Source of the DNA: Candidatus Thalassarchaeaceae archaeon
GTDB taxonomy: Archaea > Thermoplasmatota > Poseidoniia > Poseidoniales > Thalassarchaeaceae
Direction: 5' to 3'
Length of the DNA stretch: 64,000 nucleotides
Assembly (NCBI GenBank): GCA_045568115.1
Contig: JBJLBO010000005.1
Location: forward strand, 319,468-383,467
Within the stretch, counting starts at the first letter, position 1. Every line of letters starts with the position of its first letter. The notes below the pieces were generated by a model. It was not told the origin of the DNA. It saw only the letters and a list, made by a program, of their open reading frames with translations, and ran no database searches. Positions 39,025 to 48,900 of this stretch are shown piece by piece. The position numbers and the translations under genes were made by a program.

Positions 39025-39915
39025 ATGAGCTTCAGTGGGAACGTAGAGAGTGAGTCTCACGAAGGTGGGCTTCTCGTTGCTTTTGAGGGTCGTGCACCAC
39101 GACTAGGAGCAACCATTCGAGTAATTGGTGGAAAGTCCTTAGGTCGTGTAAACACGGTAATAGGTGCGGTAGATAGAGCCTTAATTCACATTCACCCATT
39201 AGCTGAAGATGTCAATACATCTAGTGCAATTGGTTCACCTGTTGAGATTGCACCTCGAGAGAGACGCAGTCGAGACAGGGACCGAGGGCGCTTTGATCGG
39301 CGTGACAATCGTCGAGGTAGAGATGGGGGTCGAGGAAATTACGATAGAAGTGGCAATAGAGACAGGCGCGGACAAGATCGAGGCAGAGATAACAGAGATG
39401 GAAACCGTGGAGGTGACTGGACCTGCCCAAAGTGCAAGAATTCAAACTTTGCTTTTAGAAATCAATGTAATCGCTGTGAAGCTGAGAAACCTAGCGGGGG
39501 CAGAGGAAATGACTCAAATCACCAAAGAGGTAGAGGTGACAGGAATAGAGGAGAACGAAGCGATGGAAATCGCGGTGGAGATTGGACTTGTCCAAAATGC
39601 AAGAACTCAAACTTTGCATTCAGAAATAAATGCAATCGCTGTGAAGCCGAGAAACCTAGTGGAGGCGGGAAAAGCAACAGAGATAGGCAGGATAGAAGAA
39701 ACAGGCCTCCTAGAAAACAATCACGAGAAGGTGATCGAAGAGGCCCTAGAGGCGGAGAACGCAGAGGATTTAGAGATGGAGATTCTAGACAAGGCGGAAA
39801 CTCAAGAGGTAGGAGTCCAGGTAGTGCAAATAAACCTCGAAGAGGTGGTTTCCGTGGGCCAACAGGTGGCGGAAATCGCCGAAACAGACCTGGTCGCAGT
39901 AGTGGAAGAAGGTAA
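39025..39915 (+). CDS. Gar1-like small RNA-binding barrel fused to RG/RGG-rich low-complexity tails containing two RanBP2-type zinc fingers
   Basis: The N-terminal 80 aa (GRAPRLGATIRVIGGKSLGRVNTVIGAVDRALIHIHP) follow the Gar1 core pattern G.V..V.G.V.....I.P. Two copies of WTCPKCKNSNFAFRN[QK]CNRCEAEKP match the RanBP2 ZnF consensus W-x-C-x2-C-x3-N-x6-C-x2-C. The remainder is RGG/RD-rich. Confidence 0.6.
   Translation: MSFSGNVESESHEGGLLVAFEGRAPRLGATIRVIGGKSLGRVNTVIGAVDRALIHIHPLAEDVNTSSAIGSPVEIAPRERRSRDRDRGRFDRRDNRRGRDGGRGNYDRSGNRDRRGQDRGRDNRDGNRGGDWTCPKCKNSNFAFRNQCNRCEAEKPSGGRGNDSNHQRGRGDRNRGERSDGNRGGDWTCPKCKNSNFAFRNKCNRCEAEKPSGGGKSNRDRQDRRNRPPRKQSREGDRRGPRGGERRGFRDGDSRQGGNSRGRSPGSANKPRRGGFRGPTGGGNRRNRPGRSSGRR
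39412..39665 (+). repeat. Intragenic duplication of two ~89-bp units (39412-39500 and 39576-39665, about 85% identical), each encoding a RanBP2-type zinc finger
   Basis: Seen by direct comparison of ggtgactggacctgcccaaagtgcaagaattcaaactttgc... with ggagattggacttgtccaaaatgcaagaactcaaactttgc... Confidence 0.6.
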
Positions 39916-39986
39916 TTTCAATTTCTATATTGAATAATTAACTGAAGATTAGCCACCCGAGCATTCATCTTAACAACACCTGAGCA

Positions 39987-41045
39987 ATGGTCATGGCGAA
40001 GAGCGCGGAGAAGCTTTGGGCTGATGCGCTTGAACAAGAAAAAGTTGGTGAACTAGAGGATGCAAAATCTCTAGCACATGAAATAACTAAGATAGATCGA
40101 GATCATTCAGATGCTTGGTTCATGATTTCACGACTTTCACTGCCTCCTGTCAGACGAGGAAAAACAGAAGAACCAAGCCTTGCACAAGCTGCTACTGCAC
40201 TTTCTGCATTACGACATGTTGTCAGAATCGATTCTGAACGTACAGACGCGTGGATATTGGGTGGAGCATTACTTGTCGACCATTTAGGGATGATGGAGGA
40301 GTCTCTTGAATGGTGGGAAATGAGGAGAAAAGTAGTACCAAAGGAGGTTACACCTCTAGTTGAACAGATCGGTGTTCTCATCAGATTAGGAAATTATGAA
40401 GAAGCTGGAGAATTATTAGAGACCCTATTCAGTCCTGAAATGGAGGACCCCGATAATCGTCAATTATTCAGGATGGATTCAGTAAGGAAAATGGTCGCTA
40501 ATGCGTCAAGTATGGAAAAGGATGAAGTTTTCAGACCACAGAACCCCAAACACAAGAGATGGGAAATTATTGATCGAATGAAAACAAGGAAACCACTATC
40601 TGAAACATTCTTCCTCTTGACTTTTGTAGCACCAATTGTTTTCTTACTCGGAACTTTCTCTATGACATTACTTGGCAATTCTAAATGGGGATTACTAATT
40701 GTTTTCCTAATCATCCTATTCTTGTTTTGGGGTATCAGTAGATTATCCTCAGGATTATTACAGAAACTGAATCGGCACTCGATGGATCTTGAAAGAGCCC
40801 TAGATGTTGAAGCAAGTTCAGGAAAACTGTGTATTCCTGATGAAATAAGAGGAAGTAAACTTTACAATTCAATCTTAGAAAAACGTACAAGAGCCTTTCA
40901 GGAGAGAATTGGTAAAATTGTTGAAATTGATGAAAGAATCAATCAGAAATGGACGCCGAATTTACCAAATTGGAAACAACAAGATTCGGACTGGTGGGTC
41001 GAAGATGAGGAAGAATCAGTCGAATTAGATGCCATCGAAGATTGA
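39987..41045 (+). CDS. Hypothetical protein (352 aa) with an N-terminal helical (TPR-like) region and two central TM helices
   Basis: ORF only. The TM segments are FFLLTFVAPIVFLLGTFSMTLLG and LLIVFLIILFLFWGISRL. Confidence 0.4.
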   Translation: MVMAKSAEKLWADALEQEKVGELEDAKSLAHEITKIDRDHSDAWFMISRLSLPPVRRGKTEEPSLAQAATALSALRHVVRIDSERTDAWILGGALLVDHLGMMEESLEWWEMRRKVVPKEVTPLVEQIGVLIRLGNYEEAGELLETLFSPEMEDPDNRQLFRMDSVRKMVANASSMEKDEVFRPQNPKHKRWEIIDRMKTRKPLSETFFLLTFVAPIVFLLGTFSMTLLGNSKWGLLIVFLIILFLFWGISRLSSGLLQKLNRHSMDLERALDVEASSGKLCIPDEIRGSKLYNSILEKRTRAFQERIGKIVEIDERINQKWTPNLPNWKQQDSDWWVEDEEESVELDAIED

Positions 41046-41058
41046 GTGATTTCCAATT

Positions 41059-42324
41059 TCAGGTCCCTGCACTATAATCGCTAGCGTATGCGATTTGCTC
41101 AGGAGTTAAAGCATCGATACTAACACCCTCTGTTGCTAATTTCAGAGCCGCCAACTCGCTATCCTGCTCTGATGAAATATCATAAACAATATTTTCATAT
41201 TGATTTCCTTCAGATGCCAGTCGACAAAGAGAAAGAAACTGATTTGCAAATGACATGTCCATTACTTCACTAGGATGTCCTTCGGCTGCTGCTAAATTGA
41301 CTAAACGACCTCTTGCAAGAAGATGGACCGTTCTACCACCACTCAACTCAAATGCCTCATTATTATCTCTGATCATGTAGTTCTTTGACGCCCTACTCTC
41401 AAGATCAGGGATGTTTATTTCACAATCATAATGACCAGTGTTTGAGACAATAGCTCCATCCTTCATTGAATCAAAGTGTCTTCCAATTATGACATCCTTC
41501 ATTCCAGTAGCTGTACAGAAGACATCTCCTATATTCGCTGCCTCATCCATCTTCATTACACGAAAACCATCCATTACTGCCTTGAGAGCAGCGACTGAAT
41601 CAATTTCAGTGACTACAACATTGGCACCCATACCACGAGCACGCATCGCGAGACCTCTGCCACAATGACCATATCCCGCTACAACGAATACCTTGCCAGC
41701 AAGAAGTACACTAGTTGCTCTAATAATACCATCAAGAGTAGATTGACCCGTGCCGTGAACATTATCAAAATCCCATTTGGTAGTAGCATCATTAACTGCA
41801 ATCACAGGATATTGAAGTTCACCAGCCTCACCCATTGCTCTCAATCTATGTACTCCTGTTGTGGTTTCTTCGGTACCACCAACAATTCCATCAGCTAAAT
41901 GAGGATACTCTGAGTGTACACGATAGATTAAATCCGCTCCATCATCCAAAGTCAAAGTTGGATTCAGCTCAAGAGTCTTGTCAATTGACCAGTAGAATTC
42001 ATCATTATTCTGTCCATACCAAGCATGAACACTGTACCCTTGAATAGCAAGCCAAGCAGCAACATCATCCTGTGTAGAAAGAGGATTGCATCCAGACCAA
42101 GAAATCTCAGCCCCTGCAGCAGCGATTGTTTCGATTAGAACTGCTGTCTCTTTAGTAACGTGCAAACAGCCCGTTACTCGATGGCCAGCCAGAGGTTGTT
42201 CGACTTCAGCCTTGGCTCGCAATGCAGCTAATGCAGGCATTCGACTACGAGCCCAAGCGACCTTCAAACCTCCTGCATCAGCAAGAGAAAGATCGGCCAC
42301 AGTGTATCGGTCGGTGCCATCCAT
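41059..42324 (-). CDS. ahcY: adenosylhomocysteinase (S-adenosyl-L-homocysteine hydrolase)
   Basis: The N-terminus is YTVADLSLADAGGLKVAWARSRMPAL. The NAD-binding domain is VFVVAGYGHCGRGLAMRARGMGANVVVTEID. It is 421 aa. Confidence 0.9.
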   Translation of the reverse strand: MDGTDRYTVADLSLADAGGLKVAWARSRMPALAALRAKAEVEQPLAGHRVTGCLHVTKETAVLIETIAAAGAEISWSGCNPLSTQDDVAAWLAIQGYSVHAWYGQNNDEFYWSIDKTLELNPTLTLDDGADLIYRVHSEYPHLADGIVGGTEETTTGVHRLRAMGEAGELQYPVIAVNDATTKWDFDNVHGTGQSTLDGIIRATSVLLAGKVFVVAGYGHCGRGLAMRARGMGANVVVTEIDSVAALKAVMDGFRVMKMDEAANIGDVFCTATGMKDVIIGRHFDSMKDGAIVSNTGHYDCEINIPDLESRASKNYMIRDNNEAFELSGGRTVHLLARGRLVNLAAAEGHPSEVMDMSFANQFLSLCRLASEGNQYENIVYDISSEQDSELAALKLATEGVSIDALTPEQIAYASDYSAGT

Positions 42325-42387
42325 GCAATTATGCGGTTGTCACCACTTCTTCAAGGTGAGGATTTAGTATCCCCTTGATTAGGTATG

Positions 42388-45300
42388 TCAACTTCCGCCG
42401 CCTTTACCTTGTTGGGCATAATAAGAAGCATAGTACTGCTCAGCATACTGTCTAGCATCTGCTTCGGCATATCCTTGGCCAACCATCTGCTGTACATATG
42501 CTTCTACAGGGTCCATCTGTTGAACGCCACCGAACTGTTCAACACTATCTTCAACATCGTCTTTACCTCGTGATCTGAAAATCAAAGTAACTGCAACAAT
42601 TCCTACAATCAGGATTGCCCCCCCTGCAACATATACAATAGTCATACCAAATCCACTGGATGATTCACAACCTGGTGCAGATGAATCTAATTCGCAGGGG
42701 TCATCTGATCTTGGAAGTAAATATATCTTGAAGTCATAATCAAGTTGGTATCTCTCACCATCTCCTTCAACAACACGCCAGTATACTGTTGTGTTCTCTC
42801 CATTCGTAGTGTATAAATCCGCTATATTCAGAGTCAATACAAACGATTGACCATCAATAAGAGGAGACATGCCACCTAAATCCGTAGAATTGTACTTGCC
42901 AAGAGAGTGTTGATTGGCTTTAATCGTTGGAGAACTATCGAATATATTTGGATCCAAGGCCACTTCAATTGTCAAGCCATATTCAGCACCTGAAACAACA
43001 GACCCTGAGACAGAAACCAAATCTTGACTTTGAGAATCTGTAGATTTAGGAGAAGTCAATCGCACATCAGGTGGTGCATCTCCGAAATCCTCACCAACTA
43101 CTTGAATTTGGATTTCAGCAGTATTGGAAGATTTCTTTCCAGCTCTATCCAAAACCTGCAATTCAACAATAATTTCATGCGGGTTGTTGTTTCCTATATT
43201 AGTCAGATTTCGGAAAACGTAAGACCATATATCGCCTCCAGCTGCACTAGAAATTTCAAATTCGTGAAGAAGATCTGATGGGATGGCCTCATTAGCAGGA
43301 TAATCATAGTATATATTATACCTATAATATTCAATTCCAGATTGCCCTTGTGGTGCATCTTCATCGAATGATCCTGATGCATCAAACTCCAAACTAATAT
43401 CACCAGTATCCTTCAATCGAACTTGATAAATTGGTATATCGCCATCCATTTCAAGAAGAGTAACGTACTCATCAGTAATAGAATTTTGAACCAAAGCAAT
43501 ATTGGCAGTAGGGTAATAATCATCGGCTAAATCATCATTGGTTTCTAAAACAATTGATGCAATTCTTGTATGACCTTCTTCATCGTGTAGATATAGCGTC
43601 AAGAGCCATTCCGCACCAACAAGACAACCTGTTTGGGAACCAGAATCACCAACGCAAAATGACCCAGGGGTAGGGATGCTTGGAGTGTCTTGTTGAATAT
43701 GGCTAATTTCACCATAATCAATAATCTCGCCATTCCATCCTGTAACTGAATTATTCACTAAGTTTGGAGTTAGAGTCCAATCCGCTGTTAGGACATCTGC
43801 AAGTTCAGGATTATCCGTGATAAAGTTGAATGATAAATCTGCATTCGATTTAATGTAAAATCTTTCATATCCAAATCCATTATTAGCTTCGGTAGGTTGC
43901 TCATCATTTATCTCTAATGTGAAACCATCCCCTCTAATTCCGAATGATGATGGATAAGGTGTTACTTGATAGGACAACATGTTAGAAAGCAGAGGCATTG
44001 AGGTCCCACCATATGGTTGAGACACAGAAGGATTCTCTACATCAATAGTTGTGATTATCATTCCACCTTGCCCTATGCCACATATTGAGAGAAGAGATTG
44101 AGAACTTTCGGATTGACTTCTCAATAAAGTATGGAATGTTCCTTCCGACTGCCTAGCAATCTTGCCTCCACAAATTGTTGGAATCTGCGTATCCTGAGTT
44201 TGTGCTGTATTAAGACCAGCTAATGCAACGTATGAACCTCCATGTATTCCTGCGAATGTATTCGTATCAACATCTTTCATCAATGGATGGAAGGCATCAA
44301 TAATAGTCAAATCATCAAATGTCACAGTGTTGTTGGTGTTACGCATTTTAACATCCAAATCGTGGATAATATTCTCATCATAGGCGGTTCTATATGGACC
44401 AAGGTGCATCTGCACAGTACCACCGAAAGTCATGTAACTCTCCAGTACATCATTTACTGAAATTCCAGACTCTCGTGTCTCAGAAAGGGATTGGTAATAT
44501 TCCCCATATTCGACATTGTAATCGGTTTGCCATGGAAGTAGAATCTTGTCATAATGACTCATCCAATCGGGAGTTGCATAACGATCCCAATCATCTACAG
44601 TATACTGTGTGTAGGTCATCCCCATTGACTCAAGGTCACTCTTAACTCGCTGGAGACGCTTTTGATCTGTTGGGTTAGACAAAATTGCAACATCAATATT
44701 GTCAACAAAATCAATTTCAAAGAAACGGTCGTTTCCTGAACGATTCCCATCTTCTACCATTGTAGCGAAGAAACTTATGTTGTATCTCGTATCACTTTGC
44801 CAACCACCCCAGGGGCTACTCCAATTAGCTTGATCTCTTTGATGAGGATCTAAATCGAAAGGACTGTTATCTGCAGTTTCATTGTAGACCATCTGACCAG
44901 TCGCCAAATTGACTATCTTCATGGATAGCTCATATTCTCCTCCAATAACTCCATTGAGCAGTGGGACAGAGAAACTATGTTCAGAAGAATCATCGATAGC
45001 ATAAACACAATTGTATGTAATATCTGAAACACAATCTAGAACATCGGGCTGCATTAAGGTGATATCTGCACTAGCAATACTGAATATGATTTGAGTGTGA
45101 TTATTAGCAGAAGTTATTTCACTCATATTGTACCAAGCAGTTCCTGTAATATTAGAGTCTAATATCGTTGTCGCATCTATCCTATAGATTCCTGAACGGA
45201 AATTATGTGAAGCCACATTAACAGTAGTTTTCTCTAACGCATCAAGGCCCGTTACATTGTTCATGTAAGTTCCATCATCCTCAAAAGTAAACTCATCAAT

Positions 45301-48300
45301 ACGAATATTATCTATTGCAAAACCTGCTAGTCCTGCGTTGCCATTGACACCGTCATCATTAGACTCGAAAATCCATGTCAGAGTAACATCAGAACCTGAA
45401 ACATCGGTACATTCAGTGTTCCAATTAAAAGTATCATCTGAAGTGGTGTTTAGTAGGGTAATATGATTAAAGTCAAGAATAACTGATTTTACAAGATCCT
45501 CCGAATCAAACCAAAGTATTGAATCAAATTTGTCGGAAAGGTCACCAAAATATTCTACCTCTTCATAACTGCCATCTAAATCAAAGTCTTCACATTCATG
45601 GAATGGTCTAATGCCATTCTCATTCAAATCAGTCCAACTACCCCAGACATTTCCTGTGAATTCTTCACCGTTCTTTGTCCAATTAATCACAAGACCTGCG
45701 GCATCTTGAGGGGAGAAGAAGCGATCATTGTCAGTAATATAGTCGCCTTCAGCAAAATAATCAAAGGTTAGGTATGTGAAATCATCACCTTCCGCTGAGA
45801 CTTCAATTGGCCCAACTGAAAGCCACTCAGACCAATTATCACCATATCCTGTGTCAGGATGACCTAACCAATATGCTTCACTGTTGAAAACTCCTCTGGA
45901 CTGAGGAAGCATCGGATGAACACCATTTGAATCATCGATTACAGAACCATTCTCATTCTCATCATCATACCAAATTGGGTCTTCAAAGCCAGAGAAATCC
46001 TCGTAAGCCTTTAGATCAGGAATAGCGTTTTGGATTTTAGTCTTTAGTTGGAAATCCGTTAGAGTATTACCGAAGTTCTGAACAATAATTTCAATATCTC
46101 TTTCGCCGGATGCATACTTAAGTCCATTTTCCAGACTGACCCATGGCTCTTCAGCAACACCTGGGTCAAAGAGATTCTTTACAGTAAGTTGGAATTTTAC
46201 TTCATCATTGGTTGCATCAGCATTATCATAACCGCTAGGGTTGTTAAGGTCTGTTTTTATGTAATATGTTTTATTATCAATAAAATCAGCAGTTAGCGAA
46301 ACTTCCTCAATAGCTCCTGCAGCCATGTTATTGAAGGTAAGTGGCTGGCTAACCATCTCGGCTGGACCAAAAATTACGTCTGTCTTGTAAATCGAGATAT
46401 TATCAAAGGCAAATCCATCAAATCCTCCTCCTTGTGACGATCCTTCTGGACCTACGCTACCCATTAAGCCACTACGGAATCTGAATCTAATATCTATTAT
46501 TTCACCTGCATACGGCGTTAAATCAATCTCATAATCTCCACTATAGTTTGTCCATGGTGTAATTGTCCAATCATTGAAATTTCCATTATAAGTGTTATAC
46601 TCTGGATCAACTCCGAGACCAAGTATTCGTAAGTAACGCTCATCATCCCATCCTCCTGTGAAAAACAATTGTTCCCAACCATTCCCATCACTCCAGACAT
46701 CAATACCACACGAGTCTTCATACAGCCATCTCTCAACAACTGAATACTGCTCTGCAAGATACAATTCAAAGAACGAAGTACTACAAAATAGATCTATGTC
46801 TAAATGTGCCGCATCTGAATTTGTTAAATCTACATTCTCAATAATATATGCTTCATCCATGTTATTGTAATATCCAGAATCATTATCATTTCCTTGATAA
46901 TCAGATCCAGCCCACATGTAAGTTGTAGGATTAAAATCAGCCTCCCAAATGTCATCTGTTGCTGAACCATTTTCATCAACAGAGGCATTCCATTCCTCAT
47001 GCCAAGAAGAAGAACCCTGTCCATATTCACCTGTATATGAATTCAAAGCGATAGAACAGGAAGAACAATTTGTATCATCAATATTACCTTCAAAATCATT
47101 AGAATATACTAATGTATCAATTCCGTCAAGAACTTCTTTAACTTCAAGATTAACATCGATAGAACCACTAATTGGATTTAATCCCGTATTTTTGACTGTG
47201 ACATTTACGAACCGTGTACCTTCGCCAATCTTTGCTTGGCCGGTAGCTGGATCATATGCAGCAGGCGCTATAGTCACATCTGTTATTCCAACGTCTTCGT
47301 TATCTAATGAAAGGACAGATAGGAAGTCTCCTGCGCCAGCCCAACCTTGAGTATCTAGCCACATAGCGCTATTAGCAAACCTATAGGCTCTGTCTCTTTG
47401 TCCAATTACGATTTCGTAAGCACTATCTTCGCCACCAGCCAATTGACCAGGGACTGCCATCGTTGGTCGACGGCCTACATCGAATGACAGAGAAGATAAG
47501 TATCCAGTCCCTGAAGGATTAGCAAGGATAATCTCAACCGAGTTTATTTCACGTAGGTTATCTAAGAGAAGATATGTTTGATTCTGGGCGGTTGAGTCCT
47601 GAAGTCGAGTGAGAGTAAGTTCGGTCGGTACAAAGAAATCGTAATGTCCGTCCCTATTTACATCTGATATAGTTAGTGAAGCCCCTTTAAAATCACCCAA
47701 ATGCACATAATTCTGCGTATTCCAATTATTTCCAGACCTTGTCGCATATGAAATATTACCAGTTAGACCATCCACGTGTGCAATTAAGTCAATTTCACCA
47801 TTATTATCAGTATCTGCAATATCAATTCCATCAATTGGATCATTTTGTTCTGTGTCAAGCTGGAAATTATGTACAGCATTAGAAGTAGCATCAAGTGGAT
47901 TTGGATAAGTCCCTAGTGTACAATCATACTCAAGAACGGTCATATTATCGTAGTGCCCAGACGCAAATCCAATTGCAGCGTTAAAAGGAGGAGTCCTAAG
48001 TAACCAAATATCAAGATCCTCACAGTCACCTACGCCACCAGGAATTCCTCCCCCTACTACTGTTTCGCCCCAATTACCGAAGAAGACATTCGTGTATAGC
48101 CCATTAGTTAATGGAACAGGAATGGTTTGTTGATTGGTAATTTCAGATGGATCTGGACCTTTGAAGATCATCAGGAAATTGTTTGTGAACCCTCTGTCAA
48201 TGACGCTCATAACAATGTCTGCATCACCATCTCCATCTATGTCACCAACATCCATATCTTGCAGATAGGGGTTATCGACTGTAATTGGATTTGATGACGC

Positions 48301-48783
48301 CCACTGATTAACACGCTGATTGCAATCTCCCCAGAGAACTGTCAAATTCCCAGGAATATGTGGGCCACCCACAAATCGAATATTTTGTTGATAGTAAATC
48401 AAATCATTAGTTCCATCGCCATTGACATCATCAATGAAAACTTTGATCCCATCAGCAGTACCCTCAAATCCAGCACGATATGATTCATTATTTGAGATAA
48501 AAACGTCTTGCCTGTCCCCAAAGCCTCCATTTCCATCATTATACAGTGCACTAATGAAGTGACCCATGGAACTCGCTGCAGCAATATCATTGTCCCCATC
48601 ACAGTCAAGATCACCTATTGTAATGAAGGACGGATCTCTCTGTACAGCATACTGAGTAATGTGTGAAGCAGATGCTGCTGGTACCAGAGAAAGCATTGGC
48701 GAGCTCAGCATTAACATGACGAGCAGAATAGATAATCTTCCTTCTCGAGAAGTTCTTGAAGCGTTCTTTGCGGTGGACATCAT
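42388..48783 (-). CDS. Giant (2131 aa) secreted FG-GAP/VCBS-repeat surface protein with a C-terminal TM helix and a ~60-aa cytoplasmic tail
   Basis: It has a signal peptide and FG-GAP repeats (GDLDCDGDNDIAAAS, DVNGDGTNDLIY, DIDGDGDADIVMS, DVNRDGHYDFFV). The C-terminal TM is TIVYVAGGAILIVGIVAVTLIF, followed by a Q/Y-rich tail. Confidence 0.7.
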   Translation of the reverse strand: MMSTAKNASRTSREGRLSILLVMLMLSSPMLSLVPAASASHITQYAVQRDPSFITIGDLDCDGDNDIAAASSMGHFISALYNDGNGGFGDRQDVFISNNESYRAGFEGTADGIKVFIDDVNGDGTNDLIYYQQNIRFVGGPHIPGNLTVLWGDCNQRVNQWASSNPITVDNPYLQDMDVGDIDGDGDADIVMSVIDRGFTNNFLMIFKGPDPSEITNQQTIPVPLTNGLYTNVFFGNWGETVVGGGIPGGVGDCEDLDIWLLRTPPFNAAIGFASGHYDNMTVLEYDCTLGTYPNPLDATSNAVHNFQLDTEQNDPIDGIDIADTDNNGEIDLIAHVDGLTGNISYATRSGNNWNTQNYVHLGDFKGASLTISDVNRDGHYDFFVPTELTLTRLQDSTAQNQTYLLLDNLREINSVEIILANPSGTGYLSSLSFDVGRRPTMAVPGQLAGGEDSAYEIVIGQRDRAYRFANSAMWLDTQGWAGAGDFLSVLSLDNEDVGITDVTIAPAAYDPATGQAKIGEGTRFVNVTVKNTGLNPISGSIDVNLEVKEVLDGIDTLVYSNDFEGNIDDTNCSSCSIALNSYTGEYGQGSSSWHEEWNASVDENGSATDDIWEADFNPTTYMWAGSDYQGNDNDSGYYNNMDEAYIIENVDLTNSDAAHLDIDLFCSTSFFELYLAEQYSVVERWLYEDSCGIDVWSDGNGWEQLFFTGGWDDERYLRILGLGVDPEYNTYNGNFNDWTITPWTNYSGDYEIDLTPYAGEIIDIRFRFRSGLMGSVGPEGSSQGGGFDGFAFDNISIYKTDVIFGPAEMVSQPLTFNNMAAGAIEEVSLTADFIDNKTYYIKTDLNNPSGYDNADATNDEVKFQLTVKNLFDPGVAEEPWVSLENGLKYASGERDIEIIVQNFGNTLTDFQLKTKIQNAIPDLKAYEDFSGFEDPIWYDDENENGSVIDDSNGVHPMLPQSRGVFNSEAYWLGHPDTGYGDNWSEWLSVGPIEVSAEGDDFTYLTFDYFAEGDYITDNDRFFSPQDAAGLVINWTKNGEEFTGNVWGSWTDLNENGIRPFHECEDFDLDGSYEEVEYFGDLSDKFDSILWFDSEDLVKSVILDFNHITLLNTTSDDTFNWNTECTDVSGSDVTLTWIFESNDDGVNGNAGLAGFAIDNIRIDEFTFEDDGTYMNNVTGLDALEKTTVNVASHNFRSGIYRIDATTILDSNITGTAWYNMSEITSANNHTQIIFSIASADITLMQPDVLDCVSDITYNCVYAIDDSSEHSFSVPLLNGVIGGEYELSMKIVNLATGQMVYNETADNSPFDLDPHQRDQANWSSPWGGWQSDTRYNISFFATMVEDGNRSGNDRFFEIDFVDNIDVAILSNPTDQKRLQRVKSDLESMGMTYTQYTVDDWDRYATPDWMSHYDKILLPWQTDYNVEYGEYYQSLSETRESGISVNDVLESYMTFGGTVQMHLGPYRTAYDENIIHDLDVKMRNTNNTVTFDDLTIIDAFHPLMKDVDTNTFAGIHGGSYVALAGLNTAQTQDTQIPTICGGKIARQSEGTFHTLLRSQSESSQSLLSICGIGQGGMIITTIDVENPSVSQPYGGTSMPLLSNMLSYQVTPYPSSFGIRGDGFTLEINDEQPTEANNGFGYERFYIKSNADLSFNFITDNPELADVLTADWTLTPNLVNNSVTGWNGEIIDYGEISHIQQDTPSIPTPGSFCVGDSGSQTGCLVGAEWLLTLYLHDEEGHTRIASIVLETNDDLADDYYPTANIALVQNSITDEYVTLLEMDGDIPIYQVRLKDTGDISLEFDASGSFDEDAPQGQSGIEYYRYNIYYDYPANEAIPSDLLHEFEISSAAGGDIWSYVFRNLTNIGNNNPHEIIVELQVLDRAGKKSSNTAEIQIQVVGEDFGDAPPDVRLTSPKSTDSQSQDLVSVSGSVVSGAEYGLTIEVALDPNIFDSSPTIKANQHSLGKYNSTDLGGMSPLIDGQSFVLTLNIADLYTTNGENTTVYWRVVEGDGERYQLDYDFKIYLLPRSDDPCELDSSAPGCESSSGFGMTIVYVAGGAILIVGIVAVTLIFRSRGKDDVEDSVEQFGGVQQMDPVEAYVQQMVGQGYAEADARQYAEQYYASYYAQQGKGGGS

Positions 48784-48834
48784 GCTAACGCGAATTTCAG
48801 TTGTCTCTTATGCCTTCGCCCGCATTGATTGACG

Positions 48835-48862
48835 CAACTCCTTAGGAGTTGTAGCAAAAAAA
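48835..48862 (-). terminator. Candidate archaeal terminator: T7 run (minus strand) plus a 7-bp hairpin, downstream of the 48901-49536 gene
   Basis: The plus strand reads caactcc-tta-ggagttg followed by aaaaaaa. On the minus strand this is TTTTTTT then a hairpin, about 40 nt after the stop. Confidence 0.3.
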
Positions 48863-48900
48863 TGATGAAATAATGCACAAAATTCAGAGTTCGTTTTCCA

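Noticed and set aside
39209-39937. 242-aa Glu-rich ORF in an alternative frame overlapping the Gar1-like gene
   Set aside because: It is a frame-shifted reading of the GA-rich RGG-repeat DNA. The in-frame product contains recognisable zinc fingers and a Gar1-like domain, whereas this frame yields only low-complexity E/I/V repeats.
42385-42573. 62-aa plus-strand ORF overlapping the 3' end of the giant FG-GAP gene
   Set aside because: It is antisense to the conserved C-terminal TM and tail of the 2131-aa protein and has a low-complexity hydrophobic translation.
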